DNA of 63,660 nt, counting the filler, from Thraustochytrium aureum (lineage: Eukaryota), in assembly GCA_012862495.1 (NCBI GenBank). It is 5 parts of 5 records of this genome, joined end to end, with 100 filler letters (N's around TTAATTAATTAA, not from the genome) between each part and the next. Parts side by side here need not be neighbours in the genome. Positions count along the whole stretch, not along the records: positions 31,528 to 52,776 come from BLSG01000349.1; positions 52,877 to 56,072 come from BLSG01000353.1; positions 56,173 to 59,505 come from BLSG01000354.1; positions 59,606 to 63,660 come from BLSG01000355.1; 1 more part is not named here. One strand, written 5' to 3'. The notes below the pieces were generated by a model, which saw only the letters and a list, made by a program, of their open reading frames with translations, was not told the origin of the DNA and made no database searches. The translations under genes were made by a program, and so were the position numbers. Of this stretch, positions 48,948 to 59,606 are shown piece by piece; the stretch's first letter is position 1, and each line of letters begins with the position of its first letter.

Positions 48948-50035
48948 CTAGGTTGCGCCGCGACGGGCCTCGAGCAGGAGCGAGGTCTTGTCCATCTCGG
49001 CCTGGAGCTGCTCGAGCGAGGCCGAGGCCATTCGCGCCGACGCCGCCGCCGCTTCCTTGTCCGCGAGCGCCGCGGCTTCCTTAACGCGCTGGTCTTCCAG
49101 GTGCTTGCGTACGAGCTCGAGCTGCTGCGTGGCGCGCGCCAGCTGCTCGAGGGCTTGCTTTTCTTCTTGCTGCAAGGCGGTTTGCGCGCGGCGGTAGGCT
49201 TTGGCGCGTTGGTCCGCGCGCTGGCACTCGGCCTCTGCGTCGCTGCGTTGGTTGCCGAGGATGGCAATGCGCGTTTCCAGCGACGCGAGGCGGTCGTTGT
49301 ACTCTATCATGTCTGCGAGCTCTCTGGAGGCCGGGTCTTGCGCGCGAGCTGAGGGGCGCGACCCAGCGTACTCGGAGTGCCCCCAAGCAGAGCAACCAGC
49401 GCCCGATTCGGCGCTTTTGTGCTCGAGTAACTGCGTCCGGCTTTCAAGAAAGGTCTCGATGAGTCGCTTGAGGCTTTGATTGATCGCCCACGAGGCGATC
49501 TCTGTTCTGCAGATTGGGCAGCACGTCTGCTCGCGCTCGCTCCTGCCCGCGCCGTACCGCTGTAGGCATCCGTAGCAAAACGAGTGCCCGCACGGGACGA
49601 CAAGGACAGGGGCGCGCTCTTGGCCCTTCATCAACTCGCAGCAGAGCGGGCAAGAGTGGCTCATCAGTTGCGAGGACAGGTACGACTCCATGTGCACGCT
49701 CATGGCGTCTGGGGCGGGCTGCTTTGGCTCGACCCAGCTTCGCGGAGTCCCATGTGGCTTGCTAGCAACAGGCGCTGCCAGGCTTTGAGCGGCATGTGGT
49801 GTCGCAAGTCGCTCCTCGGCTCGCCGTGGCGCTGGCTCAGGGTGTTGCTGTTTTGGTATCGCTTTTTGCGTTGGCTTGGCCTGTCGCTCCTTCTCCCTGG
49901 CGCGCTCGCGCAGCCACTTTGGGGTTGCGTTGACTGCGTCAGCTCTGCGCCACCGACTCGCGGCAGCTTGCTCCATGAACTTACACTTTCTCGCCTTTGC
50001 TCTACCTCGCGGAGCTTGTCCCCGACGCGGCTCAT
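48948..50035 (-). CDS. RING-HC finger and coiled-coil protein (putative E3 ligase)
   Basis: CPLC...PCGHSFCYGC...CPICR. Proposed exon 1 50035-49985 (MSRVGDKLREVEQRRES) and intron 49984-49917 (GTAAGT...GCTGAC...AAG), splicing in phase 0 to WLRERA. Confidence 0.85.
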
Positions 50036-51177
50036 CGTGCTGCCTCGCCGCGCTAGCACTGGCGGCCGAGTCCCAACGCTCGCGCTGCCACGGGAGGGCC
50101 TGAGGAGCAACACCGCGCTAGCTCTTTGGAGCGCCGCGGTGCATTTTGGCGCGGAAGGTGGCGCTCTCTGCAAGTCCGCCCTCAACGGTTACTTTGTAAT
50201 TCCATCGGGTGGAGCGGAGTGGCTCACGGGTCTGGCTCGAGGGGCTGCTTGCGTGTAATGCGGCCAGGACTGGAGCTCGCGGCGCCACCGGCCAAAGCCA
50301 TGCCAAAGCCGCCTCTCAAAGCCATGCCAACACCTCCAGCCAGCCCTGGGCCACCCTTGCGCATCAACATCCGACTTGTCACTGCAAAACCGTAGCCGTA
50401 TCTTATCTACGGAGCCGCTTCGCCAAGAAGCGCAGCGCAGCAGCGCAGCCTGCAATGGCAGCGCAGCCGCCCGCAGCGCGAGCTCGCCAGCCCAGCCGCA
50501 TGCAATTCCGCTCCCCAAATCCACGACAAAAATCCATCATCACGGTGTCCGTCTTCGCAAAACCACAACAGGAACTGCAGAACCGCAACAAGCAGCAGCA
50601 GCAGCAGCAGCAGCAGAGCAGCANNNNNNNNNNNNNNNNNNNNNNNNNNNNNNNNNNNNNNNNNNNNNNNNNNNNNNNNNNNNNNNNNNNNNNNNNNNNN
50701 NNNNNNNNNNNNNNNNNNNNNNNNNNNNNNNNNNNNNNNNNNNNNNNNNNNNNNNNNNNNNNNNNNNNNNNNNNNNNNNNNNNNNNNNNNNNNNNNNNNN
50801 NNNNNNNNNNNNNNNNNNNNNNNNNNNNNNNNNNNNNNNNNNNNNNNNNNNNNNNNNNNNNNNNNNNNNNNNNNNNNNNNNNNNNNNNNNNNNNNNNNNN
50901 NNNNNNNNNNNNNNNNNNNNNNNNNNNNNNNNNNNNNNNNNNNNNNNNNNNNNNNNNNNNNNNNNNNNNNNNNNNNNNNNNNNNNNNNNNNNNNNNNNNN
51001 NNNNNNNNNNNNNNNNNNNNNNNNNNNNNNNNNNNNNNNNNNNNNNNNNNNNNNNNNNNNNNNNNNNNNNNNNNNNNNNNNNNNNNNNNNNNNNNNNNNN
51101 NNNNNNNNNNNNNNNNNNNNNNNNNNNNNNNNNNNNNNNNNNNNNNNNNNNNNNNNNNNNNNNNNNNNNNNNNNNNA

Positions 51178-51877
51178 ACAAGGCAAACGCGGCGAGCTGC
51201 CTGATGTGTGGCAAGGACAGCCGGCCCCAAGCGTGCTGCTGCTGCTGCCATGCGGGCACCACCTCCACCAGACCTGCGCCGCTGAATGGTTCCGGGCCTC
51301 GACGCAGTGTCCTGAGCCGGCGTGCCGCTGCGATCTGTCCTTGATGGCGGAGCAGGTCTTTGATGCGCACGGCGACCTCGAGCCCGTCAGATCGTTCGCG
51401 CAGCTGGAAGAGGCAGCATTCGCGTTGCTGTGGGACAATCGCGACTTGCTTGGGGGGAGCGGACAGCGGCACGCAGAGCTTATAGTTGCGTTGCGCGGCT
51501 CGCCTGGGCGGCGACTGAGCGTGTTTCTCACCCTCGAGGCGCCCCAGCGGTCGGTGCGCATGCCTCCGTTTGTGCGCCAGGTCGTGGGGGAAGCGATGGG
51601 GGCGGGCGGCTTTGAGGCGGTGCTGCGCGTGCTGATGAGCGGGCCGCCGGCCGGGCCGCCGGGTCTCGGGAACGGCGCCGGCGGGACCTACCTGGATGCT
51701 GCGTCACGCCAGCCAGTGCGAGCCTACCACCTCGACTGCCAAGGTCGCTCCGACCGGCGCATCCTCCTGTCGCACCCGGTGCACGCCCTGTTTCAGCTGG
51801 GCGTGATGGCGCTCTTGCTCGGTGCGCCAAACCAGCGGTCGACGCGGTTTGTTGGGGCGCCGGTTGTCTTTGCTTGA
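51178..51877 (+). CDS. RING-H2 finger protein, partial, with an apparent frameshift
   Basis: CLMC in one frame, then a shift near 51225 to LPCGHHLHQTCAAEWF...CPEPACR. Confidence 0.7.
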
Positions 51878-52776
51878 CGCAGGGCGCGCGCTGCAACCGG
51901 TGCCGCACGGTGCGTTCACTCGACACAGCGCAAGCGCCCTCGACGCGGGACACGAACTGGACAAACGAGAGAGCACCCGAATTGTCTTCGCGTGTTCTCG
52001 AGTGCGGCCCCAAGGCATCGTAGCAAGGCCTTGCCAGCCAGTGGGCTTCGTCGGCAGCTCTGCGGAGGCGCCCAAGCGCCCTTTGGCCAACCAACCCTGT
52101 ACGCTTCACACCTCGGTTCGGTTAATCACTCTCCAAATCAAATCAACGATGGTCTGGCTTTTAACTCTTGTCAGACTGGCTCTGCCGCGTTGCTCGTGAC
52201 AGCGAACCCAGCTCTTGCCAGCGGGCGGGAATTCTCTATCTTTCGCACAGGCTCGGCGGCCAGCCGCGTCCTCTTCAGCAGGCCGCGTGCCTCCGCGGCC
52301 AAGGACCGTCGTCCGCCCTCCCCGGTTGTTGCCGCGCTGCCAACCGTGTTCTCCTCGTGGCAAGCCAGTTCGCGCCCATGGTCGGTCAAGTGTTCGTGCA
52401 AAAGGTGCCAGCCGCGCAGAGTCGTCCGACGCGGCCGGCTTTCGGCGCTCCGAGTCGGGCCAGCTCGTGGCGGGTCTGTATCTTGCCAGCTGGCTCTGTC
52501 GGAGAAACCAACGCCCCGCGCGTGCCAACCGTCCCTCAGCTTGAGCCGAGCCGAGCCCAGAACAAGGAGAATGCGTTTTACTCACTCGCTGAACCGAAGT
52601 GCACCGTCCGTGCTCGCCCGCTGCTCGGCCGCTCGCTGCTCGGTCTGGCTTCTCCGCACTCGATTGGACGCGACACGCAGCGCATTCAGAGGATGCGCCA
52701 GGCCGGCAGACTGGCAGGCAGAGCACGTATAAGTACGCGTACTCTAGCAAGAGCAGCAGAGCAGGAGACGTTGGCC

Positions 52777-52876
52777 NNNNNNNNNNNNNNNNNNNNNNNN
52801 NNNNNNNNNNNNNNNNNNNNTTAATTAATTAANNNNNNNNNNNNNNNNNNNNNNNNNNNNNNNNNNNNNNNNNNNN
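52777..52876. other. Artificial scaffold spacer
   Basis: N44-TTAATTAATTAA-N44. Confidence 0.95.
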
Positions 52877-53015
52877 CCTCCATCTCCGGGAAAACGCTTG
52901 ACCCGCCGACGCCGAGCATCACGCCGCCGCTGATCACCAGCACCACGCCAAGCGGCAGGAGCCCGGCAGCGCGGTTGCCCTTGTCGTCCTTGTCGTCATC
53001 CCACGGCGTCGACAT
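52877..53015 (-). CDS. N-terminal fragment of a membrane protein, truncated by scaffold end
   Basis: MSTPWDDDKDDKGNRAAGLLPLGVVLVISGGVMLGVGG, a TM-like segment. Confidence 0.4.
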
Positions 53016-53077
53016 TTTCGCCTTTCTGCTGCCCGACGCGAAACGCGCTGCGGTCTGCCTCGCACGCGCAGTAAGCC

Positions 53078-53131
53078 CTCGCACAGCAGCTCGCTCTCGC
53101 ACAGCAGCTCGCTCTCGCACAGCAGCTCGCA
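53078..53131. repeat. 18-bp tandem repeat, three copies (ctcgcacagcagctcgct)
   Basis: Directly visible. Confidence 0.85.
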
Positions 53132-53727
53132 GACTGTGCCGGCGTGTGCAGAGTTGGGGGTCTGTCTGTCTGTCTGCCTGTCTGCCTCCCTTGCTGTCGC
53201 CGAGCCTTATTGCTGATAGGTAGAGTAGTAGAGTAGGTAGAGTACCTTACACAGCTGGTGAGCAGCGCTGTTGGCGTCGTTTTGGTGTGCGCGGTAGGTA
53301 ACCCCGGGAGGGGCCGGGAAAGCGCTCGCTCTCAGAGTACTTACCAGGGTCGGCGCTGCCAGCCCTGAACGAGGACCTCACGGAGGAATGCGGGTCGTGC
53401 GGCAGTTGCACTGCTGTCGTGGTCGTCGGTGTGCACGTGGCCAGTGGGGGTTGCTCGGGCGTCGTGGCAGGCTCCTCGTCGCGCGGGCGGAGAGCATGAT
53501 GTGCACGAGTTAGTCCGGGTTTGGGCTGGGAACTGCGCATGAGACCCCTGAACGATGGGATTTGGACCGGTTCATGGGTGGAGAGGAAGACGGAAACCAC
53601 GATTTCAGGTTGAGGGCCAAAGCAGAGAGAAGAATATGTTTTGGCCTGCGGAGCCTGCGCTGCGGCGGGTGATGGCGCATCGCCGGGATCCCTCACAACT
53701 GTGTCATGCAAGTATCGCTGCTAGCAA

Positions 53728-55352
53728 CTAGTAGTCGTCGCCACCCTCTGACCCGAGCTCCCACGGAGCAGCGCCAGCGCCCTCGCTACCGCTCTGCCCA
53801 GACTCGCCCTCGTCATCTTCCTCGTCTGGGTAGTCGTTGAACCGGTAGTTTTCGTCGTCCTCGTTCTCCAAGTCGGAGGACTGGACCGAATCGTCCGCGT
53901 CCCCGGCGGCCCCATCGTCGAGCGCAAGGCCCTCGCCGAGCTCGGGCAGGAGATCCAGGTCCACCTCAAAGTCGGCGACAGGCGCCCCGTCCCAGGCCGT
54001 GTCAGAGCCGCTAGCCGCCCAGACCTGGCTGCCAACGCCCTCTCGTAGCACATACGTGTCGTAGACAAAGGCAGACTCGTCGAGCATGGCATGCGCTGCA
54101 GTGCGAAGGTCGGCGCGCTGTGCCGCCGAAAGGTGCGGGAGAGACTGCGCTGCCCGGGCTCGCGCGTCCAGGCCGGACCAGTCCCGCGCCGAAGCGTTCG
54201 CGCCGCGTTCTAGGAGGAGGCCGACCGCACTGAGGTCGCCCGCCGCGCAGGCCCCCATTAGCGGCGTGAGGCCGTCGGCCTGCCTTTGATAGTTTACGTC
54301 CCGCTCCGGGCTTGCAAAGAGGGCGCTCAACGCTGATGCGTCGCCAGAGGTCACGGCGTGGAAGATTGCAAAGTCGAGCTCGGGGTCCTCGGCACGCGCC
54401 GCGACGTGCCGCTGCGCGATCCCGGAGGCGCTGAGCTCCAAGTCCAGTACTCGCCTGCGCTTGGTTGGNNNNNNNNNNNNNNNNNNNNNNNNNNNNNNNN
54501 NNNNNNNNNNNNNNNNNNNNNNNNNNNNNNNNNNNNNNNNNNNNNNNNNNNNNNNNNNNNNNNNNNNNNNNNNNNNNNNNNNNNNNNNNNNNNNNNNNNN
54601 NNNNNNNNNNNNNNNNNNNNNNNNNNNNNNNNNNNNNNNNNNNNNNNNNNNNNNNNNNNNNNNNNNNNNNNNNNNNNNNNNNNNNNNNNNNNNNNNNNNN
54701 NNNNNNNNNNNNNNNNNNNNNNNNNNNNNNNNNNNNNNNNNNNNNNNNNNNNNNNNNNNNNNNNNNNNNNNNNNNNNNNNNNNNNNNNNNNNNNNNNNNN
54801 NNNNNNNNNNNNNNNNNNNNNNNNNNNNNNNNNNNNNNNNNNNNNNNNNNNNNNNNNNNNNNNNNNNNNNNNNNNNNNNNNNNNNNNNNNNNNNNNNNNN
54901 NNNNNNNNNNNNNNNNNNNNNNNNNNNNNNNNNNNNNNNNNNNNNNNNNNNNNNNNNNNNNNNNNNNNNNNNNNNNNNNNNNNNNNNNNNNNNNNNNNNN
55001 NNNNNNNNNNNNNNNNNNNNNNNNNNNNNNNNNNNNNNNNNNNNNNNNNNNNNNNNNNNNNNNNNNNGGCGCTGGCGCCCCCCCGGTCTGCCGCGCCAAC
55101 CTCGTCGACCTCGCCATTGTCTTGGACGAGCGCGCACACCAGGAGAGCACGCGGCGCGCCACCGCCCTGCTCGCCCACTGCGAGCTGCTCAAGCGCGGCG
55201 CTCAGCGGGTCCTGCTTGCTGCGCTTCTGCGGCAGCAGCAGCACGCTGGGGGCCTCGGCCAGCTCGTTGCGCTTGCGTTTCACGCGCACCAGCAGCCTGC
55301 CGCCGTCCGCGGCGCTCGCCTGCCACGCGTCCGGCGAGGCTGCCTGCGACAT
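53728..55352 (-). CDS. IWR1: Iwr1/SLC7A6OS/DMS4-like RNA polymerase II nuclear import factor with inserted ankyrin repeats
   Basis: N-terminal LVRVKRKR...LLL..KRSK, FVYDTYVL and ENYRFNDYPDEEDD are Iwr1 hallmarks. Ankyrin-like AIFHAVTSGD...DGLTPLMGACAAGDLSAVGLLLERGANASARDWSG lies immediately upstream of YDTY. Confidence 0.8.
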
Positions 55353-55940
55353 CGGGCTCCTGCAGGCCGGTCGAGACAGGGCCGCGAGCCGCCGAGCACC
55401 AAGCACTCCAACATCGCCAGCGCCTGACGACGATCAGTTGACGACAGAGCTGCCCCTGCTGGTCGGACCGGACGCGCGGCAGGGCGGTCGTAGAGTGGCC
55501 GGTTGGCTGGTCTGTTCTGTTCTTGTGACACCCTGATGTCGATCGATCGCACTTCGCAACTGTTCGTGTCGTGGTTGGCCTCGGGTGGTGGTTGGCCACG
55601 GGTGTCATCATCGGGGCTCGGTCTGGTTGCCTTCAGTACGGGACCGGTATCGGCGCGCGGCAACGAACTGTCGCGCGCAGAGATGTCCTGCGTCGCCACC
55701 ACCTTACTCACGACTCAACTTGACCTGAGACCGTTTGCTTTCTGTCGCGGGTGGGCGGGCAGAGGACATGTTCGCTTGTCAAGAGCAACGGCTCCTTTGT
55801 GTTCGTAGGTACAGTCCTGAGAGTGGTTTTCTCGCGGCATCGCGTCTGACACATGAACTCGAAGGCGGCGGGCGCTGGGATTCGAACGCTGTGAGGGCTT
55901 TTGCTTTCGGGCAACGGCGGCTTGTCCGCACGTCGCGCTA

Positions 55941-56072
55941 CTACCGCGCGGATCGACTGCTGGTCAAAGCCGCAGGCAGCTTGGTCTTGTCCGCCTCCGT
56001 AGGGCTGGCCTTGGGCTCCATGATCAGCAACTTGAGATCTTTGACAAGAGAACTCAAGTGACTTTCCCAGCT
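55941..56072 (-). CDS. C-terminal fragment of an unknown protein, truncated by scaffold end
   Basis: Open frame SWESHLSSLVKDLKLLIMEPKASPTEADKTKLPAALTSSRSAR* from the scaffold edge. Confidence 0.35.
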   Translation of the reverse strand, partial: SWESHLSSLVKDLKLLIMEPKASPTEADKTKLPAALTSSRSAR

Positions 56073-56172
56073 NNNNNNNNNNNNNNNNNNNNNNNNNNNN
56101 NNNNNNNNNNNNNNNNTTAATTAATTAANNNNNNNNNNNNNNNNNNNNNNNNNNNNNNNNNNNNNNNNNNNN
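56073..56172. other. Artificial scaffold spacer
   Basis: N44-TTAATTAATTAA-N44. Confidence 0.95.
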
Positions 56173-57025
56173 TGAGTCCCTTTGCGCGTTTCTTCGCCAA
56201 GAGACTGAGAGAGACACCAGACACGCGGGAGGCGTCGTGCACGAGTTGCTCGACGGTATCCAACTTCCAGAACCGCTCGAAAGTAGCATGGCATGGCGCA
56301 TCCACCGGAGTTACCACAAGGGAGCCGTCTCGGCCGGTTTTGCGCGTGAAGGAAAACTTTGGCCGCACCGCGATCTTGCGCTCGCTTTCAATGCGGTCGA
56401 GCGCGACCTGCGTGAGCAACTTGCCTGCCAAAGCAGTGAGCTTGACACTGTCTTTCTGCAGGAATCCGTCAATAACAACACTGGCAGAGCTCAAGTCGCC
56501 TCCAATGTCCAACACCATTCCGCTCCCTCTTGCGCACGCGTACAAGTTGAGCGGCGCACTATTCATCGCAAAGAGGGCTTGGGCGCCAAATTTCTCAAAC
56601 AGAAGCTCCGTGAGCTTTTCACGGTCTTCGCTGCCGCTTTCGTGGCCTTCTGCAAACATGTACTTTTTCTTGACTCCGTCCAGCTTGCCGAGTAGCGCGT
56701 CTTCAGAGAAGGCCAACAGCTGCTCGAAGGCCTCCCAGTTGACCACCTTGCCGCGCACGATGGCCTCTTTTGCTTTCACGCTCGCGTCATACGCGCCGAG
56801 CTGAACCCTGCCCACCCGCATCGCCTTGTGCGGCTCCTCAGCGCTACTCTGGACCGACCCGACCGTGGACGGAATCCTCACGCGCGGCTTGTCATCGCCA
56901 GCAACGCCGCACTTGAACGACCACGAGCCGGGATCGACAACCACCGTCACTGCCTCGCTGTTCCCATTCCTCGCAGGGGTCGACCTGCCGGCGCCGTCTC
57001 CGCCCGCATCGGCGTCCCCAGCCAT
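56173..57025 (-). CDS. ARP4: Nuclear actin-related protein, ARP4/BAF53-like, 3' truncated
   Basis: VVVDPGSWSFKCGVAGDDKPRVRIPS, REKLTELLFEKF, LYACARGSGMVLDIGG and the ARP4-type insert IAVRPKFSF. Confidence 0.75.
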
Positions 57026-57801
57026 CCCGGACGCCGCAAAAACCCGAACGCAGACCGGCCAGCGTCGAGCGCCAGTCGTCTGGGCCAACGCAGCTGCCAA
57101 CGGCCGTGCTGCGCTCGCGCTGGGGCCCTGGCGGGGCTCTTCCGGGCGTCGTTGCTCAATCAAAATCGTTCGCTCATTCGTGGTCTGCTGGGCGACCATG
57201 TGCACAACAAGAAGGCCTAACTTGGCCGCGTGCTCGCTTGCCTGCATTTGCTTTGTTTGATCTTGAAAGAAACCACCTGCCGACTTGGTCGCCTTGCCCG
57301 CAGTCTCGCGGGCCGATGATCGAGCCCATCGAGCTGCTGGGTGCCTGCGCCAGGCTGGCGAGGACGCGCTGTGGTCGACTGCGATGCCGTTCTTGGCGGA
57401 AAGAGCTCCAGCCACGTCGTCGTGCCTTGGTTGAGTGTAAACTCGTGTTTCATGTCGGACCCGGCATGGGCTCGCTCAGCGTCGCGCTCGTCGCGGCGAC
57501 GGGCGTGGATGAATGAACTGACGAACGGATGCGTGGCATGGCGTTGTGAGCCGCGCATGGCATCGGAACGTGCGGCGACAAAGGCTTTCGGAACATGCGG
57601 CGACAAAGGCTTTGCTGCTGCGCGCGGATCGGGCAGCTGCCGCAAGTGTGACGGAAGGACGAAGAAGTGATCGAGCGCTGGCGTGCTCTCTGCTCTAGCT
57701 CTACTATATAGCTTGAACTAGTTTCAGTTGGGTCGCGACTTGGTCGTTGGGCCACGTGGACGGGGAGACGGCGTGCAAGGCCGAGGCGAGACCAAGCAGA
57801 T

Positions 57802-58914
57802 CTAAGCGCGCTTGGCGGCGTTCTCCTCGGACACCAGGCCCCTTCTCCACGAGGACCGCCGTAAGCGTGTCGGCGCTCGATGCAGCAAGGCCGACGAGCG
57901 GGAGGCGCACGCTCGGCTCGCACATCCCGTTCAGGCTCATGGCGTACTTGCACGGAACCGGGTTGGTCTCCACAAACATGGTCTTGAAGACCTTGAAGAG
58001 GGCCACGTGCTGCTTGGCCGCGTCGGCGAAATCGCCGCTCGCGGCGGCACTCACCATGCTCACCACCTTCTCGGGGGCCAGGTTTGAGAGGACGGACACT
58101 ACGCCCTTGCCGCCGATGGACATGAGCGGAAGCGTGAGCGAGTCGTCCCCGCTCAGAATTGTAATGTCACAGAGGCTGGCGATCTCCGAGGCAATGTCGA
58201 GGCTGCCGGTCGCCTCCTTGACGGCGCAGATCTCGGGGCAGTCGTTGTACAGGCGCGCAATTGTGTCGGGGTTCATCGTGATGCCTGTGCGACCGGGAAT
58301 GTTGTACAGGCAGATGGGCTGCAGCGCAGAGCGAGGACGGCGCCTGTCAGGCTTTGGTTGCGGAGCGAGGCAAACGCGCGTCGTTGGGCGGGCGGTGAGG
58401 AACTTACCAGGCCGACCTCGGCAACCTTCTTGACGTGCTGGTACAGGCCCTCCTGCGAGGGCTTCGAGTAGTACGGGTTGACGATGAGGCAGCAGTCGGC
58501 GCCGAGCTCCTTGGCGCGCTGGGTGGCCGCGACGGTGCCCGCCGTGTTGTTCGAGCCGGTCCCGGCGATAATCTTGATCTTGCCAGCGGCGCGCTTGATG
58601 CAAAAGTCGATCACCTTCTCCTTCTCCTCGGTGCTCAGGGTGGGCGACTCGCCGGTCGTGCCAATCTTCCCGGCGCAAGGCAAGCCTCCAAAGTCAGCTC
58701 CAAAGTGTTGTCGCACCTCGCGTCGACCGACGCGAGTCCGCGTCCCCACGCGGTCCTCACTGCGGGATCAACTCACCGGAACGATCCCGGCGACGCCGCC
58801 AGCGATCTGCGCGTCGACCAGTCTGCCGAGCGCCTCATAGTCCACTGCCGCAGCGTCTGCGGTGAACGGCGTCACGATCGCCGTGAACACACCTTCCAGA
58901 GCCAAGCGCGCCAT
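57802..58914 (-). CDS. dapA: 4-hydroxy-tetrahydrodipicolinate synthase (DHDPS), two introns
   Basis: Exons 58914-58777, 58665-58408 and 58318 to the end. Introns 58776-58666 and 58407-58319 (GT..AG, phase 0). Motifs TAIVTPF, GTTGES, IAGTGSNNT, PYYSKP, LYNIPGRT, KEATG, SGDD and ETNPVP. The stop is probably 57802 if one G of GGGG at about 57840 is an error; otherwise 57704. Confidence 0.95.
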
Positions 58915-59505
58915 CTCCTTTGCCTGCCTGACCTTGCTTTGCCACTCCGCGCAATCAACCGACCAATCAGCCAGAGCCTTACGAGCTTGCCCGAGTTGCT
59001 TGACGTCGTTGCCGGTCTGCCAAGCTGTCCGTCCGTCTGCCCGCAGGTCGTCTCGAGGCGTTGTTGCGCGTCTGTTTCTTCGAGCCACTCGTGTCGCCCG
59101 CCACAGAGCAGCGCATGCACATCCATCCCTCGAAGGACGCTCTCGCGCTCGCCGAAGATCTTTTTCCTCGCCATTTGCTTGCATCGATCATGCTCGATCG
59201 ACTCGCGCGCGCGGAGTCGCTGCCGGCTGCGAACGACTCGGCTGGCTGGCTCGGGCTGGACGAGCTGTATGTAGGTAGGTAGGTGCAGAGGCTTGCGGAT
59301 GATGATGATAATTGGCGACGTTCTTGACCACGGGGGCAGCGGACCGGGGCGCAGCACGCAGAAGCGGCGCAAGGACCAGTAGAGTCGTCTAGCTCTAGAG
59401 GTATGAATCAGCAGGTTCCGCTAGCTCATTGGCTGCTTGTCAATCTTGCCATCAGTAATGATCACCAGGCGCGCAAGCGGCAAGTCGGCGCGGCCCGTGA
59501 GGTGG

Positions 59506-59605
59506 NNNNNNNNNNNNNNNNNNNNNNNNNNNNNNNNNNNNNNNNNNNNTTAATTAATTAANNNNNNNNNNNNNNNNNNNNNNNNNNNNNNNNNNNNNNN
59601 NNNNN
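59506..59605. other. Artificial scaffold spacer
   Basis: N44-TTAATTAATTAA-N44. Confidence 0.95.
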
Positions 59606-59606
59606 A

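Noticed and set aside
55861..55960. tRNA suggested by GTTCGAATC on the minus strand
   Set aside because: The T-stem and acceptor stem do not pair, so no cloverleaf forms.
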